IMG/VR virus record: IMGVR_UViG_3300045988_116817 | Location: 1-30,539 of that record | DNA: 30,539 bases | Strand: one strand, 5' to 3' | Origin: a virus | Part shown: in pieces, positions 16,025 to 24,780 of the stretch | Position numbering within the stretch: position 1 is the stretch's first letter | Layout: every line of letters starts with the position of its first letter | Made by a program: the position numbers and the translations under genes | The notes under the pieces: model-generated | What the model was told of the DNA's origin: nothing | Database searches by the model: none | The model's input: only the letters and a program-made list of their open reading frames with translations

Positions 16025-16085
16025 GTAATTACATTTGAGATTAATCTTGGTCCATATTTGGGACTGATGGTTAATCTCTTTTTTT
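16025..16085 (+). ncRNA. Candidate small antisense-oriented RNA ending in an intrinsic terminator
   Basis: GAGATTAA (16037-16044) pairs with TTAATCTC (16071-16078), inner GTCC/GGAC, followed by TTTTTTT (16079-16085); only the plus orientation has a T-tract. Confidence 0.45.
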
Positions 16086-17712
16086 ATTTTCTTTTATTTA
16101 TTACAACTACATCCTTATTTTGTTTTACCATTATTTTATCAACCCATCTTCTTTCTTTATTTTTATAAATCCTTTCTATTTGTTTACTAACAGATTCAAT
16201 TGTTATTTCGCTATCGTTTATATCAAAAATGAAATTATTTGACTGTCCTTTCTTTTTCTTAATTGCAGAGTCCAGAGTATTTTTCCCTGAACCTGTAATT
16301 TCTTTTAAATCCCAATATTCATTTTTAAACAAGTAGTCCGCTGTTTTAATACTTTTCGGACTATTTATTCTAGGCAACATATATACTTCTCCACCAAATG
16401 TATCTTCTAACCATTCTGCAACTTCTTTTTCTTTATTAGAATAATCTAGTACAACATTTTTATTATCAACTTCATATTTTTGATTTTCATGTACAAAATA
16501 TTCTCTATCTTTTACTACATGACTATTTGGTTGTGCATTTTCTAGCCATTCATCAGTTATATTAATATAATTTTCTTTTTGTATAGTATTTCTACTATCT
16601 ACATACTCTCTACTATAATCTCTTGTTAAATTATTATTTTCTAACCACTGACTATAATTACTATTAGTAATTTCTAATTTTTCTTTTACTTTTTTATATT
16701 CTGTTAAATCTTCTTCGTCTTTTACCACCAACATTTTTCTTTTTAATGCTCTTATATTTCTTTCTTGATTTCTTTGTTCTTGTAACTGTTCATATTTTTT
16801 TGCATTTTCTTTTTCATCTATTCTCTCTTCTATCTTTTCCCATTCCCATGTTGGTCTCATATTATGATAACAATTTATGCCTTTAAGTCCCAACATTTTT
16901 CCATAACCGGTTTTTTCATATAGATTATCATATTTATCGTTAGAACCAACTATCATGTACTTTTTGCCTTGCCACTCAACGTGTACCTCATAATCTTCTT
17001 TAGTATATTTAGTTCTCGTTCTTGCACCTAAGTGTTGGTCAACATAAACCAAGTTTGTATTTAAATCTTTAGCATGCTGTATTTCACAGTCTCCAACCAA
17101 TTTATTAACTCTTGTTACCACATCTCTTCTTATCGCGCTTTCTATAGAATAACTTCTACCACTTTCATAATTTGCTGTTTTAATACCCTCTTTAGCAAAA
17201 TCTTTCAAGCTTCTTCTAATGCTTTCGGTATAAGTATATACACCACTGGCAGTTTCTAAATATGCCTTATTAATTATTCCTCTATAAGTTGCATTTAATC
17301 CCTCAATAGCTTTAGTATTTATTAATTCTGTAATATCTTTGCATTCTTTATATGCTTCGGATATTAAATTGTTAATAGCATTACTTTTATACAATTTTGT
17401 AGGGTCCATACTAATTATACCTTTTTCATAATACGATTTTAAACTATCTAAATTATTTATTCTAGTACCGGAATTAGTTAATATTTCTTTAAGAACCTTT
17501 TCTATTTGCCTTTTATTACTTTTCATAATTTTCAGATTATTTTTTTCAAAGGTTTTAAGTTCATTTAACTTATCAATATACCACTCTAGTGACCCTTGAA
17601 CATGTTGATAACTTTTTAGTTTTTCTAACACCTGATTTATCAATTCTAATTCTATCTCATCATATATTTCAATGAGTGGCTTTATTAGTTTTTCAAACTC
17701 TAATTTATTCAT
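16084..17712 (-). CDS. Phage minor capsid (MuF-like) protein with C-terminal CdiA-CT tRNase-like domain
   Basis: N-terminal minor-capsid region followed by a C-terminal 119 aa (about 16087-16443) EKEVAEWLEDTFGGEVYMLPRI...TADYLFKNEYWDLKEITGSGKNTLDSAIKKKKGQSNNFIFDI, matching the CdiA_C BECR-type nuclease pattern. Confidence 0.8.
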   Translation of the reverse strand: MNKLEFEKLIKPLIEIYDEIELELINQVLEKLKSYQHVQGSLEWYIDKLNELKTFEKNNLKIMKSNKRQIEKVLKEILTNSGTRINNLDSLKSYYEKGIISMDPTKLYKSNAINNLISEAYKECKDITELINTKAIEGLNATYRGIINKAYLETASGVYTYTESIRRSLKDFAKEGIKTANYESGRSYSIESAIRRDVVTRVNKLVGDCEIQHAKDLNTNLVYVDQHLGARTRTKYTKEDYEVHVEWQGKKYMIVGSNDKYDNLYEKTGYGKMLGLKGINCYHNMRPTWEWEKIEERIDEKENAKKYEQLQEQRNQERNIRALKRKMLVVKDEEDLTEYKKVKEKLEITNSNYSQWLENNNLTRDYSREYVDSRNTIQKENYINITDEWLENAQPNSHVVKDREYFVHENQKYEVDNKNVVLDYSNKEKEVAEWLEDTFGGEVYMLPRINSPKSIKTADYLFKNEYWDLKEITGSGKNTLDSAIKKKKGQSNNFIFDINDSEITIESVSKQIERIYKNKERRWVDKIMVKQNKDVVVINKRK

Positions 17713-19133
17713 TATTCTTCCTCAGGCTCTTTTTCTAATTTATCTTCTGTTATTTTTCTGTATTCCTTTTGTCTTTCAACGAACTTAATTGCCTCAGACT
17801 CTTTCATATTCTTTGTATCCATAATATATTGAACATCACTTGTTATATCAGCGTTTCTTTCAAGCAATGCTTGATTTCTAGCACTTTCTTTATCAACTAA
17901 AATACTATCATCCCAATCATGCTCAACAATGTAATCATTTTTGACTTTTATTCCATATAATTTACATAACACATAAATACTATAAATTAAATCATCAAAA
18001 GCTTGTTGCATTGAATCTTGTATATCAGCAACAGTGACATAATAATCCTGTTTAGCAGATTTTATTTCTGTTGCAGTTTTTGCTATGGTTTCCATTTTAG
18101 ATAAAACACCAAATGCTAGTCCACATTGACTCTCTGCTTGCCTTAATAGTTCATTTAATCCGTTGAACAATGATGTATCTCTAATTTCAGGACTAAATAT
18201 ATTGTATGTTTTATCCTTTGACTCATCAAAATTCAATTTTCTAAATAATCTTTTCTTTCTAGCAGGCAATTTGTAATTTTTATTTTCCACTCCCTCTAAT
18301 AAACTAATATCAGAATCTATTGCAAGTTCTGTACCTTCAAATTCCCAAAGTGTTCTTGAAAATTGTTTATCTATCTCCTCTAATGTTTTAATCGCTGGAT
18401 ACCAAAGTGGAACTCCACCTGGAAAAGAATTATCTATTGTGTTAGCATTCTTCATGCTAGCAAAACCGCCTAGTATTTTGTCTACACCTTCTATACTTGA
18501 AACTTCTTCAATATCTTTCCATTTATCAACATCTTTTATATCAATTTTTCTTTCAAAAATAACTCCGCCTTTTCTTCCTTTGTAAACTATATTTTTAATA
18601 ATCAATATATTTTCTTTTGCCTCTTGATATTCAAGTCTTGTATAAACATCATTTCCGTTTGTAAATTGGTCCATAACTATACATGCTAGTAAATTGCCGC
18701 TATCGTCGAATTTTACTGGAATAAACTTATCTGCTTGAATTACGCTAACATCCATTTTACCATTATTATAACTAGGCTTAAAGAAAATACTTGATTTACC
18801 TATCATGTATTCTGTATTTACTCTTTTTCTTCTTAAAAACTTTTGATACACTTCATTTATATATGGTTCAGAACATACACTTTTATATTCAATAGTCACA
18901 GCCTTTGCAACTTTTTCACACATAGTTTTGGCTACATGCAGTGAAATGGTTGTATCATCTATCCACGGTTCACTTCCGTTAAAAATAGCAGCCCATTTTT
19001 GAATAGCATCCAACATTTCTTGCGATGTTTGAGTATCCAAACCAAAGTCATTTATTATTTTCTTGTAATCAAACATTTTATTCCACCATCCTCTTATTTT
19101 GTTAATTAAATCACTAATCATCTTTTTCATCAA
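17712..19133 (-). CDS. Portal protein (SPP1 Gp6-like)
   Basis: 473 aa located between TerL and the MuF protein; PVKFDDSGNLLACIVMDQF..., QSMQQAFDDLIYSIYVLCKLYG. Confidence 0.8.
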   Translation of the reverse strand: MMKKMISDLINKIRGWWNKMFDYKKIINDFGLDTQTSQEMLDAIQKWAAIFNGSEPWIDDTTISLHVAKTMCEKVAKAVTIEYKSVCSEPYINEVYQKFLRRKRVNTEYMIGKSSIFFKPSYNNGKMDVSVIQADKFIPVKFDDSGNLLACIVMDQFTNGNDVYTRLEYQEAKENILIIKNIVYKGRKGGVIFERKIDIKDVDKWKDIEEVSSIEGVDKILGGFASMKNANTIDNSFPGGVPLWYPAIKTLEEIDKQFSRTLWEFEGTELAIDSDISLLEGVENKNYKLPARKKRLFRKLNFDESKDKTYNIFSPEIRDTSLFNGLNELLRQAESQCGLAFGVLSKMETIAKTATEIKSAKQDYYVTVADIQDSMQQAFDDLIYSIYVLCKLYGIKVKNDYIVEHDWDDSILVDKESARNQALLERNADITSDVQYIMDTKNMKESEAIKFVERQKEYRKITEDKLEKEPEEE

Positions 19134-20466
19134 CTCCTATTGTCGGCAATAATGCTCTTATAAACTTCCATATTCCCATAATTAAATATCTTTTTGCATC
19201 CATACAATGGTCATTTTGTTTTATAGGTACTTCATTACCTTTATCTAGTTGGTCTTTATCATATTCGTATTTGTATTCTTCTTCTATTAAATGTTTTTGC
19301 TTAGGAGATACAAATAATTTTCTATAAGAAAACATTTTTTGAACTCTAGATATTCCTAAAGCAACATCATTTTTCGCATCTCTTACAATTACATCCGGAC
19401 ATACTTTCTTAATTTCTTCTGCAAGTCCTTTTGCGGAAGGGTCTATAAATACAAATAAGACATTTAAACCCGTTTCTTTTTCTAGACTCTCTTTAAAATT
19501 TTTAAAGTCTAAAGCATAATCGCTAGGAGATTTTTGTTTTCCGGTTTCTCTACCCGAATAATAGTATTCATCTATACCTCTTACGCACTTATCTACACAG
19601 TCAATTCCAAACGCTTGATATGTTGTAGCATTCATTTGTCCATAGTCAATACCAATGTTTATTTCTTTCATATGTTGATAATTTTCTTTTGTACACTCAC
19701 AAACATGACTTTCTTCATTAAACATATAATAAATCAGTTCATCTATGCCTGTACATAAACCAAGCCAAAGCCATTTATACATTTTAGGGTCTAATTCTTT
19801 TAATATTTCAGCGGTTTGAATTAATTTCTTACCTATCCATTCTTCTGGAACATCTCTATAATCAGTATGAACATGAATACAGTCTTTTCTTAACGCCATT
19901 TTGTTAAGCCATTCCATAACAGGTGCCTTTGGATTTTTTGGTGGGTTAAAATAATACTCCATAACAAACTCATCATCGTTTCCACGAATAAAAGTCGCTT
20001 CTATATTTTGAAGTTCGTCTTCTCCTTCGCCTTTACTAAAGAACTCAGTTACCTCATCTATTTCAACCAATACAATTGGTCTGCTTTCATCTATCATACC
20101 TTTAGTGTCGTCTATACTATCATTACCAGTAAAATAAATTGTATTTCCAGTAGGTAAATATGTAATTTGCATCGGACTAACAGTTATTTTAAATTTGTTT
20201 TTTGGCACTTTTAATCTTGTAATGGCTCTTTTGCATTCGTTAAACACAGTCTTTTTTAACTTGTTATGAAACTTACGCATTATAACGACTGAGCCAGGTT
20301 TGGAAGTGATAATCCTTTTAACCGCTCTTAATGCTCCACGACTTGATTTCGTTCCAGCACGTCCGCTTGTATATATTTGATGTGTGTGTAATATGTCATT
20401 GAAATTCTGGTAGTATTTAGAAATTATCAAATCACTCAGTTTTACTACAGTCTTTTGGTAAGTCAT
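19114..20466 (-). CDS. terL: Terminase large subunit
   Basis: Walker A-like YTSGRAGTKSS, Walker B-like PIVLVEIDEVTEF, nuclease motifs (NIGIDYGQMNATT, LFVFIDPSAKGLAEEI). Confidence 0.9.
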   Translation of the reverse strand: MTYQKTVVKLSDLIISKYYQNFNDILHTHQIYTSGRAGTKSSRGALRAVKRIITSKPGSVVIMRKFHNKLKKTVFNECKRAITRLKVPKNKFKITVSPMQITYLPTGNTIYFTGNDSIDDTKGMIDESRPIVLVEIDEVTEFFSKGEGEDELQNIEATFIRGNDDEFVMEYYFNPPKNPKAPVMEWLNKMALRKDCIHVHTDYRDVPEEWIGKKLIQTAEILKELDPKMYKWLWLGLCTGIDELIYYMFNEESHVCECTKENYQHMKEINIGIDYGQMNATTYQAFGIDCVDKCVRGIDEYYYSGRETGKQKSPSDYALDFKNFKESLEKETGLNVLFVFIDPSAKGLAEEIKKVCPDVIVRDAKNDVALGISRVQKMFSYRKLFVSPKQKHLIEEEYKYEYDKDQLDKGNEVPIKQNDHCMDAKRYLIMGIWKFIRALLPTIGVDEKDD

Positions 20467-20878
20467 CTACTATCACAACTCCATCTTCATTATTTTTTTC
20501 GTGTGTTTTTATTTCTCTTAATTTGATTTCCTTGTCTATTATTATTCCGTAAGCACTAGCTACATCTTTAATATTAGTGAATGAATCCAATTTATCTGCT
20601 TTGTCTTCAATAGCAAGGAGTAATTTGTTAATAATACTTTTCTTCTTTTCGTTAAGACTATCCATGTATTCTAAGACATCTTTGGTATTCTCTTCTTTTT
20701 TTTGCTCAATTTTTTTCAAACTCTTGCTATCTGTATTCACTAGCTTTCTAACAGTAGTATCACTAACTCCGTGTTTTCTAGCAACTTCAGAATAATTCCC
20801 ACAGTCAATATAATCGGCAACTATTAGTTTCTTTTTCTTGTCTGTTAACTTCTTTCTTATTTTTGACATATCAACCAA
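20432..20878 (-). CDS. terS: Terminase small subunit
   Basis: N-terminal HTH (NYSEVARKHGVSDTTVRKLV), C-terminal helical region, immediately upstream of terL. Confidence 0.75.
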   Translation of the reverse strand: MVDMSKIRKKLTDKKKKLIVADYIDCGNYSEVARKHGVSDTTVRKLVNTDSKSLKKIEQKKEENTKDVLEYMDSLNEKKKSIINKLLLAIEDKADKLDSFTNIKDVASAYGIIIDKEIKLREIKTHEKNNEDGVVIVDDLPKDCSKTE

Positions 20879-21069
20879 CTTACAAGTTCTCTTTTGTTTT
20901 TAAATCTTTCTGTATGTCTATATAATTCGTTTTCGTTGTTTTCTTCAAAAGAAACAGAATAGTTTTTACTAATTTTTCCTTCCTTAGCAACAATTATTTC
21001 AACTAAAGTGACTTTATACTTCTCAGATAATTTTGTTAATAATATTCTTATACACTTATCTAAATTCAT
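20857..21069 (-). CDS. Small phage protein
   Basis: MNLDKCIRILLTKLSEKYKVTLVEIIVAKEGK...; likely ATG start inside the track ORF. Confidence 0.5.
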   Translation of the reverse strand: MNLDKCIRILLTKLSEKYKVTLVEIIVAKEGKISKNYSVSFEENNENELYRHTERFKNKRELVSWLICQK

Positions 21070-21070
21070 A

Positions 21071-21247
21071 TTAAGCACCTTCTTTTTTATGTTCCTTCGG
21101 TTTATTAATTATTTCTACACAACCTTTTTTAACTAAATATTCTGCTCTTTCCTTTGTAATAGAATATTTGTAACCTGGTTGGAGTAAACCTAGTTCTTTA
21201 TTTTCTTTGTCTCTAAAGTTAGGAATAATTACTTTAACTTCTATCAT
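21071..21247 (-). CDS. Small phage protein, 58 aa (not in ORF track)
   Basis: Hand-translated MIEVKVIIPNFRDKENKELGLLQPGYKYSITKERAEYLVKKGCVEIINKPKEHKKEGA with AAGGAG upstream. Confidence 0.65.
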   Translation of the reverse strand: MIEVKVIIPNFRDKENKELGLLQPGYKYSITKERAEYLVKKGCVEIINKPKEHKKEGA

Positions 21248-21269
21248 ATAAACACACTCCTTTCAATTT

Positions 21270-21343
21270 TGGTTGCGGAAAAAAGAATTGAACTTTTACC
21301 TTTGGCTTCTGAAACCAATATGCTAACATTACACCATTCCGCG
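21270..21343 (-). tRNA. Degenerate tRNA-like gene, anticodon CAG, short variable loop, CCA encoded
   Basis: CGCGGAA TG GTGT AATGTTA GCAT A TTGGT TTCAGAA GCCAA AGGT AAAAG TTCAATT CTTTT TTCCGCA A CCA. The cloverleaf closes except for C1-A72. Confidence 0.7.
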
Positions 21344-21371
21344 ATTTTTTTATTCGGATTTTTCCGGAATT

Positions 21372-21393
21372 AAAAAACAACCAGTTAAGGTTG
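21372..21393 (-). terminator. Intrinsic terminator at the 3' end of the large ncRNA candidate
   Basis: Minus strand CAACC TTAACT GGTTG TTTTTT. Confidence 0.75.
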
Positions 21394-21858
21394 CCTTCAA
21401 TAAAACTAGAACATCTAGTATCCACAATAGATACCATAGAGCAAATACAAGTGCACTATAAACCATTTTTAAACTCACAAAGTCGATTTATTCATATTCA
21501 CTCTATGCTACCTATTGTTTTGGTTAATTAATCCCAATAAGTAACACTGCTAATTACAACTCTCCCCCGTTGTTCGGTTTTATTCTTTTAGTACATTAGC
21601 CATACCACATCCAAGAATAATAGAAGTTCCGTTTTTAAGGCTGAAACGTTAAACCGCTATCCATCATAGCTGATACTATACACTTTTGTCGGGCAATTAC
21701 CCCCGTCTCAGCATAGATTTAGTGCAATAAGCACCCTAGAAAGATACATCGGAGATTCCTAAAGGACAATGGTAAAGATATATCTCTCTAGGCTACTAAT
21801 TGTAGCCACTAGGGATTTTGATGTAATAAATGAGTATTCATTTCTAATCGTACTCATT
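21372..21858 (-). ncRNA. Large ornate structured RNA candidate, about 490 nt (ROOL/GOLLD-like setting)
   Basis: No convincing ORF. Helices: 21851-21858/21829-21836 (8 bp), 21809-21814/21734-21739, 21802-21807/21791-21796, 21731-21734/21722-21725, 21708-21712/21669-21673, 21702-21705/21690-21693, 21595-21600/21549-21554, 21569-21573/21556-21560, 21512-21517/21425-21430, 21501-21507/21435-21441, 21414-21419/21405-21410. Ends in an intrinsic terminator; tRNA adjacent. Confidence 0.7.
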
Positions 21859-21864
21859 ATACAC

Positions 21865-21873
21865 ATTATACCA
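21865..21873 (-). promoter_or_regulatory. Extended -10 promoter for the large ncRNA
   Basis: Minus strand TGGTATAAT, with two upstream direct copies of ATGAGCAG. Confidence 0.5.
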
Positions 21874-21885
21874 CACCCAAACTGC

Positions 21886-22326
21886 TCATTTCTGCTCATC
21901 TTTAACGAAATTGTTATTTTTCGGTGTTTTCCCCTTGTATTCATCGTAATATCTTCTAACTTGTGCAACTGAATAATCCATTTCTTTTGCTATCTGATTC
22001 CAAGTCATTCTCTTGTAATCTTTCATAAAAGCAATTGTAAGTGCTGGTTCTGATAGTTTCATTCTATCTATTTCTTTATAGATGTAGTTTTCACAATTGT
22101 TTCTGTCTACATACAACTTTCTTAATTGCGTGAACAACTTATCAGTTCTAATTATTGAATTAATCATATTAGAATTAGCATTACTGCTACAACTAACTAA
22201 TACTTCTTTAAGTTTGCTTGCAGATATATTGTAATTATTAGCTATTTCTGTTTGAATGTAATCAATTTGATTATCTATTTTATTTAATCTATTCCATACT
22301 TCAACAATACTTAATTCTTCAATCAT
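21886..22326 (-). CDS. ArpU/RinA-like phage late transcriptional regulator
   Basis: C-terminal sigma70 region 4-like HTH LTIAFMKDYKRMTWNQIAKEMDYSVAQVRRYYDE, upstream of the terminase. Confidence 0.65.
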   Translation of the reverse strand: MIEELSIVEVWNRLNKIDNQIDYIQTEIANNYNISASKLKEVLVSCSSNANSNMINSIIRTDKLFTQLRKLYVDRNNCENYIYKEIDRMKLSEPALTIAFMKDYKRMTWNQIAKEMDYSVAQVRRYYDEYKGKTPKNNNFVKDEQK

Positions 22327-22589
22327 TTAAGCCACCACCTATCTCTAACGTGTAAAATAATGCACTCTTTTATTAATCTTTTTATTATCTCTTTTCTTTT
22401 TCTTAAAAACTCTTCATCTTCACTTTTTGACTTCAACAAACGAAACTTATGTTCATCATTCTTGAAACCAAATTCTAAATAGACTACGTTACCTTCTACA
22501 TACTCTATTGTGTTTTGTGTAAACCTAAACCCCCTATTCAATAGTTCTATCAACGACCTATCATAGTTTAGCCTGTACACATATATCAC
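22323..22589 (-). CDS. Hypothetical early phage protein
   Basis: ORF with coupled start/stop context. Confidence 0.5.
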   Translation of the reverse strand: MIYVYRLNYDRSLIELLNRGFRFTQNTIEYVEGNVVYLEFGFKNDEHKFRLLKSKSEDEEFLRKRKEIIKRLIKECIILHVRDRWWLK

Positions 22590-22623
22590 ACTCCTATTAA
22601 TTCATATATTGTTATTTTCATAT

Positions 22624-22830
22624 CTATTCTCCTATTTTCTCTACTAAATCTAATGGAAACAAGAAAGTATTAAAAACATCACTCATTAAACTAAATGCTA
22701 CATATCCTTTAGGAAATTCAAATATTCTTGTTTCTTTGTTGTAATAATCTGATAAATCAAAATCAAATTTTATTATTGATTTTTTATTAATTAAATTAAA
22801 ACTTACTCCATCTTTTAGTTTATATTTCAT
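22624..22830 (-). CDS. Hypothetical early phage protein
   Basis: ORF with coupled start/stop context. Confidence 0.5.
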   Translation of the reverse strand: MKYKLKDGVSFNLINKKSIIKFDFDLSDYYNKETRIFEFPKGYVAFSLMSDVFNTFLFPLDLVEKIGE

Positions 22831-23335
22831 TACTATTACTCTCCTTTTCTATTTCATATACCTTTTCTAAAACTTTTTGATATATTGAATTTCTAGCAAT
22901 TTCAGGCGCATATAAGTAATGGTCTTCATATAACCATCTCTTTAATTCGTTCCAGTTATTTTCTAGTTTACGATGTTCTTCTTCATCGTAGCAATGTGTA
23001 GTTCCTTTAAGTTGTGACTTTAATTCTGCATTTTCTTGTTGTAAATATTCATAGGTAGGTTCAGCAGTTTGCCTTACAATAAATGATAAATCCTTAGGTA
23101 AGTCGTCATAAGAAACTCTACAGCCTAGTATTGTTCTAAAATTTGTTATTTTATCTTTTACTTCTATTAAATTCTCATTTAACACAACTTCTAATCTTTT
23201 AGTTAAATATTCATTTTTCAGCTCACATATTGCTTTTTGTATTCCATTAAATAAATCTTTTTCAGGCTTAATCTCTTCAATTTCAATATCAAAGGCTTTT
23301 AATTCATCTAAGAAAATCTCTTCTTTAACATTCAT
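22820..23335 (-). CDS. Hypothetical early phage protein
   Basis: 171 aa, overlaps neighbours by a few bases. Confidence 0.5.
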   Translation of the reverse strand: MNVKEEIFLDELKAFDIEIEEIKPEKDLFNGIQKAICELKNEYLTKRLEVVLNENLIEVKDKITNFRTILGCRVSYDDLPKDLSFIVRQTAEPTYEYLQQENAELKSQLKGTTHCYDEEEHRKLENNWNELKRWLYEDHYLYAPEIARNSIYQKVLEKVYEIEKESNSNEI

Positions 23336-23613
23336 TCTAACTCTCCTTCTAATATATTTTGTATTATCTTTGCTCTTATGCCGAATTCACTTTCTTTACC
23401 TGTTCTACAATAATAAGAAACACCGGATGAATATCCTACATTTATCATTTCATCTATAGTTTTATTTGCTTTTTCAATTATTTTTTTATATTTATCTTTT
23501 TCATCTGCTATAATCATTATTGCTTCAAATAGTTTTCTTGCTTTTGGAGCTAATACTTCTGGTTTTACTAAATGTAATTCTTCTAAAATATCTTTTATTT
23601 CATCTGCAGTCAT
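23332..23613 (-). CDS. Hypothetical early phage protein
   Basis: 93 aa, ATGA-type overlap. Confidence 0.5.
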   Translation of the reverse strand: MTADEIKDILEELHLVKPEVLAPKARKLFEAIMIIADEKDKYKKIIEKANKTIDEMINVGYSSGVSYYCRTGKESEFGIRAKIIQNILEGELE

Positions 23614-24043
23614 TAATATTTCTCCTTTCTATTTCTTGCATTGTATCTAATACTTCTCTCATTGTTCTTGACTTATTTTCCATTAATATATAATTTGGAG
23701 ATATTGTTTCACTTACTTTTCTACCATCTTCAAATTCAACAACTTTACTACCATTTCTATTATTTATATCGTTCATAATATATTCTTTTAACTTATTCCA
23801 ATTATCTTTTAAATTTCTTGCGTATACTTTAACATCATCAAATATTGTATCTTCATCTAGCCCTAGTATTAGTGTTATATCTTCCATTTCTAGTCTAAAT
23901 GTTTCTTCATTTGTTTGGGCTACTAATAATTGTTCTTTTAGTTGTTGGCTTTCTTGTTGTAATTGTTCTGATAAATCTTTATAAAATTCTAATTGCTTTT
24001 TAGGATTAGTTATACTTGTTTCATATATACTCATTCCGACACC
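23600..24043 (-). CDS. Hypothetical coiled-coil early phage protein
   Basis: Likely start at MSIYETSITNPKKQLEFYKDLSEQLQQESQQLKEQ. Confidence 0.5.
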   Translation of the reverse strand, partial: GVGMSIYETSITNPKKQLEFYKDLSEQLQQESQQLKEQLLVAQTNEETFRLEMEDITLILGLDEDTIFDDVKVYARNLKDNWNKLKEYIMNDINNRNGSKVVEFEDGRKVSETISPNYILMENKSRTMREVLDTMQEIERRNINDCR

Positions 24044-24044
24044 C

Positions 24045-24299
24045 CTAATCAATATCTCTTTTATCTAACCACTTATAAATTTTTTTTAAATCTTCTTTGG
24101 TTTCAATTCTAAAAGACTTATCTTTTCCACTTTGCCTAGTTTTTAAATAAAATATAATTCCATCTCTAGTATCTAAAGTAAACCATAATTTTAAATCTAA
24201 ATATTTAGGCATTTTCCTATTTTCCATTGCAGAATATTGTTTCCAAGAATTATGTTCCATTACATAATCAATTAAATCTTTTAAATCTTGACTATTCAT
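24045..24299 (-). CDS. Hypothetical early phage protein
   Basis: 84 aa. Confidence 0.45.
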   Translation of the reverse strand: MNSQDLKDLIDYVMEHNSWKQYSAMENRKMPKYLDLKLWFTLDTRDGIIFYLKTRQSGKDKSFRIETKEDLKKIYKWLDKRDID

Positions 24300-24529
24300 T
24301 CTGACACCTCATTCAATATCTTTTTTATTACTTCATTATTTTCATGCATCATTACTTCATTTAAAATATATCCATTATCTAATACCCATTCACAAGGTTC
24401 AGGATAATTCAAATATTCTTTAACAACAATTCCTTTATTTCCTAAATTAGTTTCAATATATTTTCCTAAGTAAGAAAATTTAAACTTTGCATTATCAATA
24501 CCACTATTATTATTTATTTTTTGTTTCAT
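24296..24529 (-). CDS. Hypothetical early phage protein
   Basis: 77 aa, overlapping start. Confidence 0.45.
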   Translation of the reverse strand: MKQKINNNSGIDNAKFKFSYLGKYIETNLGNKGIVVKEYLNYPEPCEWVLDNGYILNEVMMHENNEVIKKILNEVSE

Positions 24530-24780
24530 TATTCCTCCACCTTTACAACTAAATCGGCTTTTATTAAGTCAAACATAACATCACTACCCCAATTACAAAA
24601 TTCTAATTTTCTTGTAGGAATATCAAATATAATGTCTTGATATTTGTGTGGATGGTCTTTTAATTCATATTCCAAAACCAAATTTTTTGTGCCATTATAA
24701 TATTTTCTTTTAAATCCATACTTTTCTAATTCTTTTAAATCTACATTATCTTTAATCTTTAACATATCTATCCTCCTCAA
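24529..24780 (-). CDS. Hypothetical early phage protein
   Basis: 83 aa. Confidence 0.45.
   Translation of the reverse strand: MRRIDMLKIKDNVDLKELEKYGFKRKYYNGTKNLVLEYELKDHPHKYQDIIFDIPTRKLEFCNWGSDVMFDLIKADLVVKVEE

Noticed and set aside
21234-21437. Minus-strand 67-aa ORF from the track
   Set aside because: It covers the tRNA and terminator, with no family resemblance; considered spurious.
21759-21972. ORFs 21759..21968 (-) and 21769..21972 (+)
   Set aside because: They overlap the structured RNA and the regulator gene; no codon or RBS support.
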